Source: Vicugna vicugna (lineage: Eukaryota). From it: a DNA stretch of 64,000 bases. Numbering within the stretch: the stretch's first letter is position 1; the number at the start of each line of letters is the position of its first letter. Both the position numbers and the translations under genes were made by a program. Of the stretch, positions 13,748 through 27,604 are shown piece by piece. The notes beneath the pieces were generated by a model. That model was not told the origin of the DNA. It saw only the letters and a program-made list of their open reading frames with translations, and made no database searches. The stretch covers positions 5,996,716 to 6,060,715 of the forward strand of contig MU058337.1 of assembly GCA_013265495.1 (NCBI GenBank), in the 5' to 3' direction.

Positions 13748-14874
13748 CCAACCAGGTCTTACTATTCTATATTATTCTGTGCCTATTGATATGTATTAGA
13801 TCTTACACAAATTAGCAATAAAATAAGAACTTAACTATTCATAAAGTATTTTTCTGGCTATTGCATTAGTCAATCTACAGTTTGCAATTTTTTTTTTACT
13901 ATATTTTATTAGCTCTTCAATATGAAGCCAGGTTGAAAATTATTTTGTAGGAAATAATTTTTTTTTAACAAAAATGTATTCATCTAAAGATGGAACCAAA
14001 TATCTATAATATTTTATATGTTTTTTATCTTTTAATTAAATAGTGTTTCTCTAACAAACAAAATACCTAAAGTCCACTTTAACAATATTAGTGTAAAAAT
14101 GTAGGTGAAAAAGAAAAATAAAAAATAGTTGGTTACTGCAACTACATACAAATTGCACTTGGAAGACAACTACCTTAAGAAATGAGGTTTTTAGTAAAGA
14201 AATCATCCCTCAATACAGGTCTATCACTCTAGAGAAAACAGGATATTCCAAATAAAGTCCAGCTTCAACTACTACAATCAGAATTTTATATTTTATAAGA
14301 TCATAAGATTCTAAAATTTTAAAAGATCTAAAATTTTAAGTAGAGTTGTTAATTTATTCTGGAAAGTCAAATTTCAAGAAGGCAAGTGGGCAAACAGACA
14401 TCTTACAGTCTTACATAAGATTTAATTACATTAAATCTAGGTAAATAGTGATTCATAAAAACTGAAGAGAAAGAGTGAAAAGTACTCTAACAAACATAGC
14501 CTATCATCTCAGCTCCTAGACGTCACCTGCCATTACACTCTCATCTCAGGCAACATTTATGAATGGCCAAAAAAACAATTTAATTCCTTCTCACTGCAAT
14601 GGGCTGGGCTGGTGCCACTGGTGAGATAGATCTGTTACTGTAGGGGTTGGGGTGATGGTTTGATTAGACTGGGGAGGAGGGAGTGTTGCCAACTAACAAG
14701 ATGTTGACACTTCTCTCTTAAGAGAAAGGAAAAGCTACCCAGCGTTCACTTTTCCAAGAGTGGCCATAATTATTTGTTTAATGGTAGTACATGATTTAGA
14801 TAAAGGCCCTATTTCAGACTTTTTAAATTAAATATGTCCATTATCTGTTCAGAAGAAAACTGAAAGAACCATTA

Positions 14875-14991
<117 letters not shown>

Positions 14992-16361
14992 TCATATTGT
15001 GCAGCAATCTTTGCAACAACAAATTTAATTTCCATGAAGCAGATGGATAACTTCAATCTCAAATAACATTTCAGCTTTCCAGAAGCAGAAAAACAATCTA
15101 AAAATACAGAGGGACCAAATTATCTTAATCTGTTATTATATAGTACAACATATATTTTTTGTTCTCCTACTAAACGGAGGAAATAAGAGAGAGAGAAAAA
15201 TGTATTTTATACATCACTATCCCAGGATGTGTTTGTAGCTATTTGATGGTGTCTTCCCACTGAAGCAGAGCATGAACAATGCCCCTTCTAATCACACTCC
15301 CCACTGGACTCTTCCGAGAGTTCCAGAGCCGACCCCAGTCAAGCCATGCAGCAGGACTCAGGAGCTCTGCTCATCAGCACCATAGGAACGCTGGTCCTGT
15401 GGCTTTCATGTCTGTAACACTTTCCTTTTTTGCCTCACCCTCTCAACTGTAAAACGCTTTTTTTTTTCCTGTTACTGTTATTCCCCCGAGATGTTAATGT
15501 TTACACAGCTTTTCACATGTCTTTGCTTTGTAAGGACACAGGCCCCAATTAGATTTCTGATTTTGCGATTTTCATGGGGAAAAAAAATAGCACAAGTTCA
15601 AAATATTCTTTTGAAGAGCCTGATTGCTGTTAACCAGCCAACAAGTTAGTTAGTACATCGCTGATTCTTGTTTTCATCTCCCAGTTTGATACCAGCAGGA
15701 AGGCACAGAGGTTAGCCATGTAAAACTTTAAAATGAGCAGTTGCTGACTAAGAAATATTTATTATATTACTGTCTTAAGCTTTGGAATCTGAAGTACTCA
15801 AAAGCTAATCAAAATAGTTAAGACAGTCAAGCACGTCCTGGGGGTCTTGAGGACACAGGAATTTAATGGAAGCAGCCAGAACAGCAGGGCTTTGATGCCC
15901 AACACGGTAAAGAGGTGGGAAGAAAAGAGCAGAAGCTCGCGGAGCTCCTCACCTGTGGGAAGAAGCCTTCCCACTAAACAGCGGCTCATCTGTCTGCAGC
16001 AAGGCGGGAAAGGTCACACAGCGGCTGCTAGGCCTTAATATTTTAATTTAGGCAATTGTCAAGGGACCACATGTAGAACCTCTTGTCTAGGATATCCACA
16101 TGAGGGTTTGGTGATGGCTTTATTATATGGTGACATCAAAAGATAAACCATAGCTTCGACCTCTTTAAAAAAAAATCATACTATTGTTATTCTTTTTGTA
16201 ACGTTTTAGAAGACAAAATTATCACGTGCCTAGAGTGCTTTTATTTCTGCACTGCTGCATATACAGCAAAAAGTAAAGCAAAAATACGGATTATTTATAT
16301 TTGCATTCACATTCACACATGGAAATCTTCACTCTAAATGAAAGTCATTCAGCACACTTAA

Positions 16362-16445
16362 AACATATATTTGGCTTTCTATTTTCTGAAAAGATACTTC
16401 AGGACATAAGCTAAAGTTCTATGAAATTCACAGTGTTCATAAAAG
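16362..16445 (-). other. 84-nt cryptic (pseudo)exon with intact acceptor and inactivated donor
   Basis: ttaattcttttctag| acceptor, then exactly 84 nt, then |TTAAGTG (donor consensus GTAAGT with +1 G>T). In-frame stops CTT TTA TGA ACA CTG TGA ATT TCA TAG. Confidence 0.65.
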
Positions 16446-17629
16446 CTAGAAAAGAATTAATGGGAGAGCTGTGAAAGCAATATCACAATCTACTCCTCAC
16501 CATATCTAAACAGCCCCAAAATGGCAAATGGTAATCAAATTACATAATAGAAAAGAAATCTCTGAACTTGCATTTTCTTAATTTTAGTAGCAAAAAGTTA
16601 AGGAACTAATTTCACCACCATGTATTATTTAAAACCATAGCATGATTGCTAAAGTTGTGTTTAAAACTGAGATTGGTACAAGTTCTAAAACTTTTGCTTT
16701 TAAACATATCCTACCATTTGGTACATAAACTGCTACAAAGCTAGCGTGGAGCTTTCATGTTCAACCCATTGGTAAAATAACAATAAAGAGTATTTATTAT
16801 ATTCTTAAAATTTTAGTTTGTAACTTAAAATTTTAGTTAACTTGAATAACACCATGTTAAAAGTTGTTACCTAGGCCTCTAAGATAAAACTATGTGTTTG
16901 TTATTTACTAAAAGTATTATGTCATTTTAATTTTAAGTACATGTGGTGAACTAAAGATGTATTATATTTAATCAAAACATATCTTTGCATAAGAAAATCA
17001 GTATTTCCAAATTAAAACTGTAAGCACGAAAACTCTGACTTATAATTTATTGTTTATGCAGCTTTTTCCAAATACTAATCAGCTTTTAATAAAACTCCTA
17101 ACAATGAATTAAAATTTAAATTAAGTCCCCATTCCTCCATGGAAACAAAGGCTATACCAAAAAACATATTTTAGCTTTAGCTCAGAAAGTCAAATGGCAC
17201 TGTAACCAAATTTTTGAGCAGAAAAACTGCGGTCTGAAAATAACAAATTTACAAAATATAGTGATCAAAGATAAAAAGAAAATCTTCACCTTTGCCATTG
17301 AAGCAAAAATGAGGCTCAAAAAGAAGAATGCGAAAAGTACAAACCATAAGTTAACTCTATAGTATGTATTCTTGAGACCAAAAAAGTTAAGAGCTGCAAA
17401 GAATTTCCTGAGTTAAAACTGCCTGATCTAGTTTAAGAAGGCAAAGAAGAAAAACTGCTATCACCACCCAAGCACCTGCGTGGGAGTCTCAAACCACTGC
17501 CCAGAAACCTCGGGCGTAATTTATATGTCTTTCTTCTGTACCAACAGTGGACCCTGCGAAACTATCAGCCATCTCCCACCCTTCACTCTCCATTCACCTC
17601 TCCCGCTCTGCACAACTCCCAGCCCGCCA

Positions 17630-17900
17630 TGTCTACCTGACAAGTGACAGCCCAATCTGATTAAATGCTTCCAAGGGAGGGGACTCATGGGCCTCCATGA
17701 CAGGCCAAAAGTGATCACCATGGAGATACATAATTACAGCTGTCAACGCATCTACTGTCCTGCTGACATCAATTTGATTGCTCCCAGCAATAATGATAGA
17801 CAGAGCTTAGTGTGCACTCTCCTGCACCCAATCACTTTATCTATTCCTTGGTCCATTTAGCTGACATGCAACATTCACACAAGCAAATAACAGCAGTAAG
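17630..17900. promoter_or_regulatory. Candidate intronic enhancer with clustered TALE (Meis/Pbx) and homeodomain motifs
   Basis: TGACAG at 17645 and 17698, CTGTCA 17740, TAATTA 17731, TGACATCAAT 17764, TGATTG 17775, TGATAGACAG 17794. The sequence is non-repetitive. Motif evidence only. Confidence 0.4.
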
Positions 17901-19141
17901 CAGAACATTTAAGGCATTTTAATTGTTTTTTCTTTCTATGGATGGCTCACAACTGCAAATGTTATTACATAAAACTCCTGCTGCAGCATTAATTGAAGAA
18001 AGATTTGGTGGGACAAAGACTGTAGGGGGTATGGTTTGTCCATTATCACTTGTACTTTCAACAGGTCTCACGTTTGAAAATTGCAAATTGCAAAAACTTG
18101 CGAGGGCAAAATGTTTGACATCCTGTTAGCTCTCACAACATGGTGAAAACTTCTAACAATTAGAGTAATCATTATGAATTCTTATTTAATACTTTTTTGT
18201 TTGATTAAAAAAATGTTTAGATATGTCCCTATGATACGTGTTTTCTCATCTGCTATTTAAAGTCACATAATGCCTGTTAAATCTTTACAATTTTTTTTCT
18301 GCCTTCAGGCTTTGAACACAGCATGGAGTCTCTGAGCCTAGAAAGGGTCAAGTCCCTTTAGAAAGCACATGGGCAAAAACAATTTAAAAAGTGAAATAAA
18401 TCATATATCCAATAACATCTTCAAATTTAGAATTCTTCCTGTAATCTTTCACCATCTTCATGCCAGTAATCAAACTGAATAATCATATTCACAGATGGTA
18501 CAGCCTTGTCATCCACTAGCTAACATAATGTCATATACATATGCACTTACTACCTTGATTAAGAGAAAGGGTACGTCTTCATTCTTTTTAATGCAACAAA
18601 AACTATATAAAGAACAGCTATTAAATATGGAAGAAGTATACATAAAGTGGGCAATGATCACTTTTCTTTAACTGGTATACACAATATGTACTTCTCAAAA
18701 TCCTTGACACTCAGAATGAAGCACACTTTATTTTCTTTAATCCATTTCCATTAACGAGCTGATTTCGTGCTTGAATTTCTTGACATCTGACTATACAGGG
18801 AAGCTGAATTCGATCTATTGAAAAGATTAAATTGTAACACAAAAAAGCCATTTCCCATTCTTAGGATTCCATGATCTTTTTCATTACAATTTTCAAAAGA
18901 ACTGCAATCACTGTAAACTATCATTTGTTTAGAAGTCAGATGTCCCCAGACATCCCCTGTTAAGTGAATTTTGGCTTTCCTGCACATCATAAAGCACAAA
19001 ATTAAAAAAAAAATTACAATTCCCAATGAATTTCACTTGTCCTTCAACTTACACTCTTTGGTGTTGACATACTTTAACATAAAAGTATGACGTAAATCAC
19101 GTTTTTAACCCCTCACTTGGTATTACAGCTTAATGACTTAC

Positions 19142-19216
19142 ACCAGGTAGATGTATTGGTTCTTGGTACTGAGACAATCTCCCAACCGACGGTAAACCAA
19201 AAGACTTGTAGGGGTC
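19142..19216 (-). CDS. PCCA: PCCA exon (75 nt, ~exon 14): [25 protein letters not shown]
   Basis: Acceptor ctttcag|GACCCC, donor GGT|gtaagt. Phase 0-0. Confidence 0.96.
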
Positions 19217-20207
19217 CTGAAAGTTCAAAGGAAAGGAAGCACAGTCTTTGAAATATAAATCAGCACAAGTGAGGTTACATATTTATACAAGGAAGAAGCA
19301 TTTATAGGTCAATTTTCAACATCAGTATTTACCAGTCACAGATTTCAGAATACTATTGTCTTAGTCTCACTTGAGACAATTTAGAAGTGTATTTAAAAAT
19401 CAAACAGAACTGTAAGCAGAATTTAGCTTGACCTTGATCATACTTTATTGAAACTGGTAAAATTCCAACTTTTTATAAATCTTCTTAGAATGCCTTTGGC
19501 AAAAATAAAATAACCTCAGTGCTACATCAAAACATACTAAAGTTCAGAACAACAAATGTAGTGCACTAAAGATATTTGTTTTTCTTACTCTCAAAACAGC
19601 TTACATATGGTAAAATTTGAGTTTTGGTTCTTCAAATAAAGACCTGAAAAGTAATTATGCATGTGCTATTAGATATGTGCTCTAATATGTTAGATCATCA
19701 GAATAAATATTAAATAAGTTCAGTGGCCTAACAATAGAGAAGAAAAGAATATCACTTAAAATATAATAAAAAACCAATAATAACCAAGTCAAAATATATT
19801 TCTCAAGATCCTTAAAAACATTTCAAAACAACTTCCAGAGTTCTTAAACCCAGATACTGCTAACCTGCTGTTTATTTTACAGACAGGTTTTTAGGTCTAA
19901 AAGTAAAAGATGGCAAAAATGTTTCCTTGAATTTTTGTTTTAATCATTTGAAAAAAGCATTTTAAGATGGTGACTCCTTTATTATCTGATTAGCATAGTT
20001 ATGAAATAACATAAAAGTATTGAACTAATAGATTATGAGTAAAATCCATAATTAAAATTATGAATTAAAGCTCTGCAATTTAAATTTTAGTTGTTATTTC
20101 CACATAATCATAAGAGAGAAAATTATTAGGGGAAAAAAAAAACCTATCAGAAAAACTTTAAGTAAACATTGAATTAACAACCGTTGTGCACCCAGGGTAA
20201 CTCTTTA

Positions 20208-20210
<3 letters not shown>

Positions 20211-20248
<38 letters not shown>

Positions 20249-20251
20249 ACA
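20211..20251 (+). repeat. (CA)n microsatellite, ~20 units with one interruption
   Basis: Direct reading. Confidence 0.95.
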
Positions 20252-20520
20252 GAAAAATAAATGCTTCTGTTTACTTCAAATGTAGTTTGAAAAGAAGCAA
20301 ACGAAATAAAAAACATGGTCCATTCATTCAAGCACAAGAATATTTAACTAATGCTTTGTTGCCCCTTAAACTGATTAGTAGCTATTTCTTCATCCATAAA
20401 AGACAGATGAAAATTAATTAAACTCAATCCTTTAAAACTATTTTGAGTTATGTCAAAATGATCCAACTTTTTTTTCTGGTTCAATTCTGAATTATATAAT
20501 CAAATACTTGACACAGGTTA

Positions 20521-20853
<333 letters not shown>

Positions 20854-23442
20854 TTAATTATATGTAATATTTAATCATATTTGACTTAAAAACTACCTAA
20901 GGGAATAAAATTAAACAATCAACACAATATAGTACAAAGGTGGATAATAACTAACACCCAGAAAGTATCTGTAAACTACCTGTATTATTCTTCCCAGTTT
21001 TTAATAAGATGTGGTCCAGCATAGCTTTACACTTTTCATTTTGAAACTAATTCTCAACTGAAAATTACATATTTAGCTGCAATCCCCAATGTGGCTGATA
21101 ATCAACCTATTCTGCTACACTTAGCATGGCATCTATAGAGGCAGCTTATGATTTTCCAAAGCACTAGTCTAGCCTGAGTCTCACCCACTTGCATGCTTTC
21201 ACTAACCTGTCCTGACAAGCAACCAGATTAGCGTACTCTTACATCAATGCAGTGTAGCAGAAAGGAGCAGATGGATCCTGCAGGTTGTTTTCCCTCCAGA
21301 CTTACGTGGGGAGTGCTTAGCATGCACAATAGCAAAACTGAGCCAGTGAAATCACTCTGCTCTCTCAGCAAATTGCTGATAACTACTTTGGATGATGCTG
21401 TCATGGGGATCCCTGGCCTTCCACACTAACACATGGGATACACATGTACAAAAATATGCACAGACATATAGGGAGACTAACAGACATGCACATCATTATA
21501 AATTTGATCAACTGCTTACAAGTGCCTAAACTTAACTAAGCTAAAATAAAGCCATGTATGGTACTCGTAAAGAGCAGATAATCTGTCTTTCATCTAAAAC
21601 CTTGAATAAGTTTTGAAAATTTAAATAAAACTTTGGCCACATCTACTTCTTTGATACCAATTTCTTTTCTTGTAAAAATTAAGCATGTTCTAAATGCACT
21701 TCACAATAGTTTCTTTATCATGACATGTCATATTTCATACACTCTGACACGGGAAAAGGTCAATGAACAAACGAATTGTCTTCCCATCTCCAACTACACT
21801 AATTGAAGGACAGGACTTAGTCATTATAATAATCTTGAAGCTTATCATAAGCAGACAATGCCATGGTCTTTAAAAAAAAGCCTTGTAAAAATAAACAGAT
21901 GGCATCCATAATTAGCTCTGTGTGTGTTATGAGTTTGTTTACAGTTTCAACAACATTTTAAGACATTTTGACATAATTTTAATGACAAATCATCACTAAA
22001 ATAAGCATCTACCCTTTGTAAAATAAATGTGACACTAAATAAAGATCTTACTAGATAGTGAGAATATATATTTTTCAAAGCAAATTATGGTTTTGAGAGA
22101 AACAAGATTCTATATGATAAATATAATAAGAAAGGAACAAAAGTAAAGCCTCTCTATTATTGCTAGAAACAAATTTCCTGTGAGAAAGCATCCTACCACT
22201 CCATTCCTGAACCTACTATGCGCCAAGGGCTTTATATTAATACTATCCACATGCCTCTGTTGAGTGAGAAAACGATTTTAAAAGCTCAGTGAATTATTTA
22301 ATTTCATTTTTCTATGTCTGGTGCCCAGGAAAGTACATACTATATATAAGGCAAATAAGTATGTACTGAATGAATGAATGAGTAGCAAATTCAGAGGCAC
22401 ACCCTTCGTAAGTGGTAAAGATAGGGTTGGGATTTACGTCACTCCGCAGGCAATATGACCTTCCTGTTCTTCCTCATGGAAAAATGCATATGAAAGCACG
22501 TAGTAAATAGAAATAGCTATGTAATTATGTGCTGTTGTCTTTTACAAAACATATTATTAATGAAAGTCTAAAGATCCAAATTGATAATAAGGCTCTGCTT
22601 CACCTTAGAAGACCTCGCTATAACAGTATAGAAAAAAAGTTCATTAGACCCATACTGAATAGAATCTAAAAGTAAACCCACTTTAACCCAACTGAGTTAT
22701 ATAACAGAAATATAACAAAATATTTTACAGTCTGAATTATGAGCTACAAGTATTTCAAAATAAAATAAATGGCTAACTAAAATAATAACTAGCTGCTAAA
22801 GGCAAAATCATTCATTACAAAATTTTTTTAAATATCCACGTAAGTTCAACTACTGCTGAAGTATACAAAATAGTCTAACATGCCTGAATTTTTCAGGTAA
22901 CAGACATGTCTTTTTTTCAGCAAAACTTGTAATTTTAAACATTGTTTGGAAGACGTCTTCCTGAGCACCTTTTAAGAGAATTCCAAAGTTATTCAATAGG
23001 ATATGTGAGACGTTTCCTTAAGACCCTGTACTATTATTATCATCAGGATAAGTGACGTAGGAGTAACAATGCTTCAGCAACCATGTATGTCCCCCATCCC
23101 TGAGAATTTAGCAATCATTTCCCTCTATAAGTTAAACTCATTACTTAAAAGAGAAGAACAGAGCTATACAAAGAGATAAAGTGGCTCCCAGGCCAAAACA
23201 TAATTCAACAAACATTTAAAAAAATCTTCAAAAAAATAAAAAAGTAAGGAAAGGAGAAAGGAAGGGACAGGGGTAGGATCAATGGCAACTAAAGGTGGCT
23301 AACTGGAACAAAAGGTTATAAAAAGAAAAAAAGACTCAAAGATTGGCGTCTGGGGAGCCAACTAGTTCACCTTGTCCAACTCAGAAGAAAAAACGACCTA
23401 TAAAAGTCTGATGTTAATAAACATCTATTCTGAGGGCTAGGG

Positions 23443-23672
23443 GCAAAGGTTTCTGAGTCATTTCTATTTGGGAAACACTGAGTTAACCTAAGTTAAACAG
23501 GTTGTTTTTTTTTTTTTCTTTTAAAGAAAGACTCCACAGCTCATTAATCGATGGCTATGCCGCAGGACACTCTGAGAGGGTACTGTACAGCGCTTATCTA
23601 ATCACACACCCCCTTCTTTTGCAGAGTATCTTTATGGATTGACAATTCCAAAGAACACACATTTAGAAACAA
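23443..23672. mobile_element. hAT-Charlie (MER112-like) relic
   Basis: gggaaacactgagttaacctaagttaaacagg motif. Degraded. Confidence 0.45.
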
Positions 23673-24281
23673 AGCCTTAAACATTCAGAACACAAAACTC
23701 AATTCCCTTGTGACTCTATTCTTACCAAACAAAATTTTGAGAACCTGTCTATAAACATAATTTTCTTACCCAACAGAAATGGGTGCCAGCTCCAAGGAAA
23801 TATGAATGAGGAATCCACCAGGTAGTATGATTATACATTTAGAGATTAATATATCGACATTCTAGTATATAAATCTTGTGATTTAGTCAGCAAAATACCC
23901 AGCAAAAAAAAAAAAAAGAGGGAAAAGGAAAAAAAAAAAAGCCTATGTGTATACACACACGCATACACACACAAAGTCAAAAAAAGAGGAAGCCCTACCA
24001 AGTAAGAATTTCTGAATCTCAAAGGAAAATTATTGATTGGGATGTATTCATCAAGTCAGTGCCACTCTGCAGGGTCTATCAGTTGCTTACAGATCAGTTT
24101 GTGCTGGAAATGCTTCTATCTCACCATGAATCTTTTGTTCAACAAGGTACAAACAACTATAATCATCAAACATCATATAATGGTACATAATCACACTTAA
24201 GATCTAGAATGAGTGTGTGTAGTTCTATATGTCTACATTAGATGGTCACAAACAACTAGCTTTTTATAGCTCTATTTGATA

Positions 24282-24448
24282 TTTTTTTATTAAAGTAAAG
24301 TTCATTTACAATGTTGTGTTTCTGATATACAGCAAAGTGATTCAGTCATACATACATAGTCTTTCTCATTGTAAGTTGTTATAAAATATTGGATATAGTT
24401 CCTGTGCTATACAGTAGGACCTTGTTGTTAATCTATCTTATATGTATT
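24282..24448 (-). mobile_element. Short L1 3'UTR insertion
   Basis: Reverse complement of L1 3'UTR (gttcctgtgctatacagtagg). 9-bp TSD TATTTGATA at 24273-24281 and 24449-24457. Confidence 0.8.
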
Positions 24449-24819
24449 TATTTGATACTGTAATTTAGTTTTGTCTTCTTGGTCACCATCAGAATGTCAC
24501 CATCACCAGTGTTTGTGTCTAGGCTTCTTGCCACTCCCTCTTACTAATCTGTCGCTTCAAATATATTTCCCCCCAAAATAAATAACTGAGCTTATCAAAT
24601 ACAATGGTGAGGTAAACTAGGTTTTGCTTCACCTCTGAGTTCTTAATGTATAAAATATTAATAGTAATAAATTTAGAAAAGCTAAACCTTTCTGGCATTG
24701 TGTTGTCATTACCAACCTTAATGACTCTAAAAGTTATAATCATGTATTCTGCCACTGCCAGTGTAAACTTTAGCCCTATCCTTCATTAAATACAAAAAAG
24801 GCTGTATCTAAAACTGTGA

Positions 24820-25570
24820 AGGAAAGAATGAGGTATTTCCAGAATCTCAAAATATCTCCCTATAAGATATCTTCATTAATGACAAGGGGAGAAATAGTGA
24901 CACTACTGTGGGGAAATGCTAGTAGCCATGTCACCTTAACCAAACCAACACCACTAGTAATGGGATATGCATGTCTCCTATATGGTACTCACAGAAGAAT
25001 AAGAGCATTTCTGTAGTATCCCTGCCAAAAATGCAAAGCCAGAATATAATCATAAGAAAACTGACAGATGCAAAATGAGGGACACTCTATAAAATAAATG
25101 GCCTGTGCTCATAAAAAAAAAAAGTAAAGATTAGCTGACAAAAAAAGACTAAGGAACTATTCCAGATGGAAAGAGACTAAAGAGACATTACAAGTAAATG
25201 TAACATAGGGTCCTAAACCAGAAAAATTTTTAATTTTACTATTAAAGACACTAGTAGACAATACGCTCTGTAGATTGGATGATGGTAATATATCCTTGCT
25301 AAATATTCTGATTATGATAATGGTGTTTTCCTAGTGTAAAATAATTTTCTTCTTTTTAGGAAATACATATTTAGGGGTAAAGGGGCATCAGGCCTGCAAT
25401 TTACTCTGAAATGTTTCAGGTAAAGAAGACAAATACAGCGAAATAAAGACACAGATACAAATATACGAATAAAGCAAATGTAAATGTTAGTAAAGGGTGT
25501 TTCTTTGCAAAATTTTGCAATTTTTCTGGACATCTGAAATGATTTCAAAAGAAAAGTTAATAAAAATTAA
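24820..25570 (+). mobile_element. Old L1MC/ME 3' region
   Basis: Same family-like sequence as 3800-4600 in the opposite orientation (cctgccaaaaatgca...aatcataagaaaa...gagggacactctataaaataaatggcctgtgctc). Confidence 0.6.
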
Positions 25571-26845
25571 AGCACTGTCACTGGAGTTTTTGTTATTATA
25601 TTATGAAACATTATTAAAATAAAGATATCTGACTTGTTCAACATTATTTTCTCTTCAATCAGAATCCACTCACTGTGCTAAATAAAAATAACAGGAGTTA
25701 ATTTGTTCAATATGTTTTCTCAGACTTAAACTTTTAAATACTTTATTGTGTTGATTACCTAATAATTCCAAAGATTTGAGAATGGTTAACTAGGTAACAG
25801 ACAAACATTCCTCAAGGGGAACAAGATTCAGGCAAATTTTAATTACATACTGAGTTAGCCTCAAATGAAACTTAACACTGAGGGATGTTTAAAAGAGGAC
25901 AAAGTCCCAACAAGCAATGGAGAGAAGTCCGATCAATGAAATATGTGTTAACTTGGCCATTACAGAGAAGGAGGGTGAACGAAAAGTATTCAAAGTTCCT
26001 TGAATGGAGGGATATTCGGTTGTCATTGTTTGCCAGGTTAGTAAGCGGAGGCCCAACTGCTTAGTCAAAGCAGAAGCTATCCCTAAAAGTAAAAGACCCG
26101 TAACTAACATCTGTATGGCACAGGAATTTACAAACTCCCTCCATATCCACTATTGTTCCCTATTCCATTGCCATTTTACAGAAAAGGCACTTGAGATACT
26201 CAAGGGAGGAATAAGGTAAGTAAGTATTAAGAATTTTCTAATATTCAAATAACATTATTTTAAATTAACGTGAATTTAAAGTAACTTCTTTGTTAAATAT
26301 TAGTCTAAACTGACAGATACTATAACTTTGGTTTGTGAAAACTATCTTTTGTAAGCAGAACTTGTTTGATTCAACTCAGCAAAGAGTATAGGTGTGATTA
26401 CCTGTTGAAATATGAGGAAATTGTCCTGTTATATAAAATTGAGTTTCATAATGGTACTTGGCATAATAGGTCTCTACCTTTTTCATTTGTTGTAATTCTG
26501 GCCTGAAAGGATAACTGATGTCATTATTTTTGGTTTTGCTCTTTCAGTTCAGAAAAATTCTTTGTCCAGAACAGAACCTAACATACACCTATTAAAATTC
26601 TGAAGCCCTACCTCCTGAGAATACAGGATTTCAAAATAAAGATCTAAAGGTAATAGATTTTGATCCACAGGACTCAAAGATAAAAAAGCATGTTGGGAAA
26701 TAGGCCCCAACACATCATTCCTGTAAACTCACCTTGAAAATAATGGCTATATTCAAGAGTGGCAGTGAAAACTGAACAGATTCTATTATTGAGCTTCCCT
26801 GTTAAACCCAACACAAATAATCAGATGAAGAAAGGATAAGAGAAC

Positions 26846-27222
26846 TGTTAGGGGCTGAAATATATCCCCTATCCCAATTCATATGTTTAAGTCCTAACCC
26901 GTATCACCTCAGAATATGATTGTGTTTGGAGAGAGGGTCTTTAAAGAGGCAATTAAGTTAAAATGAGGCCATTAGGGTGGGCCCTAATCCAACATGACTG
27001 ATGTCCTTACACGAAGAGATTAGGACACAGACAACACACAGCACCACAGCACAGAAGAAAGACCATGTGAAGACATAAGAAGACATCCATCTGTAGGCCA
27101 AAGAGAGGCCTCCAGAAGAAACCAATCCTGCCAACACCTTGATTTTAGACTTCTGTCTGAAGAAAATAAATGGTGTTTAAGACACTAGTCTGTGGTTATG
27201 GTAGCCCTAGAAAACTAATAAA
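26846..27222 (+). mobile_element. MaLR solo LTR (MLT1B-like)
   Basis: TGTTAGGGGCTGAA...gtgggccctaatccaacatgactg...gccctagaaaactaata. 5-bp TSD AGAAC at 26841-26845 and 27223-27227. Confidence 0.85.
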
Positions 27223-27604
27223 AGAACGAATTTGGAAAATTAAAATGTAGATAAGGATCCAGAACAAAAAGACACCAAAATAGTTTACAAAATACTTTAA
27301 AATAAAAACCTAACTAAAAATTCCTGGTAAGTTTACCTATTTACCTATTCACATCTGTATAACAAAAACGTCTTTCCTTCAACTTTCCAGTAGAACTCAA
27401 TAAATTTTAAGGGAGAATATAATATATGCTTCTTTGTATTCTCAGTTTCCCAGGAGACTGACTTCAAATACTACAGAACATCCCAGTTCTGGTTTCCTCC
27501 AGCCAGTCTGAGAGTCCTGGCCTCTATGACTTCAAATATAATCAGAAGGTCAACTTCTGTCCAGATCTAAAACATTCCTTCTGGCAAGAATGAAATTTTA
27601 CAAA

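Noticed and set aside
21128..21146. CTCF-like motif CATCTATAGAGGCAGC
   Set aside because: It lacks the CC start and the spacing of the core consensus, so it is too weak to call.
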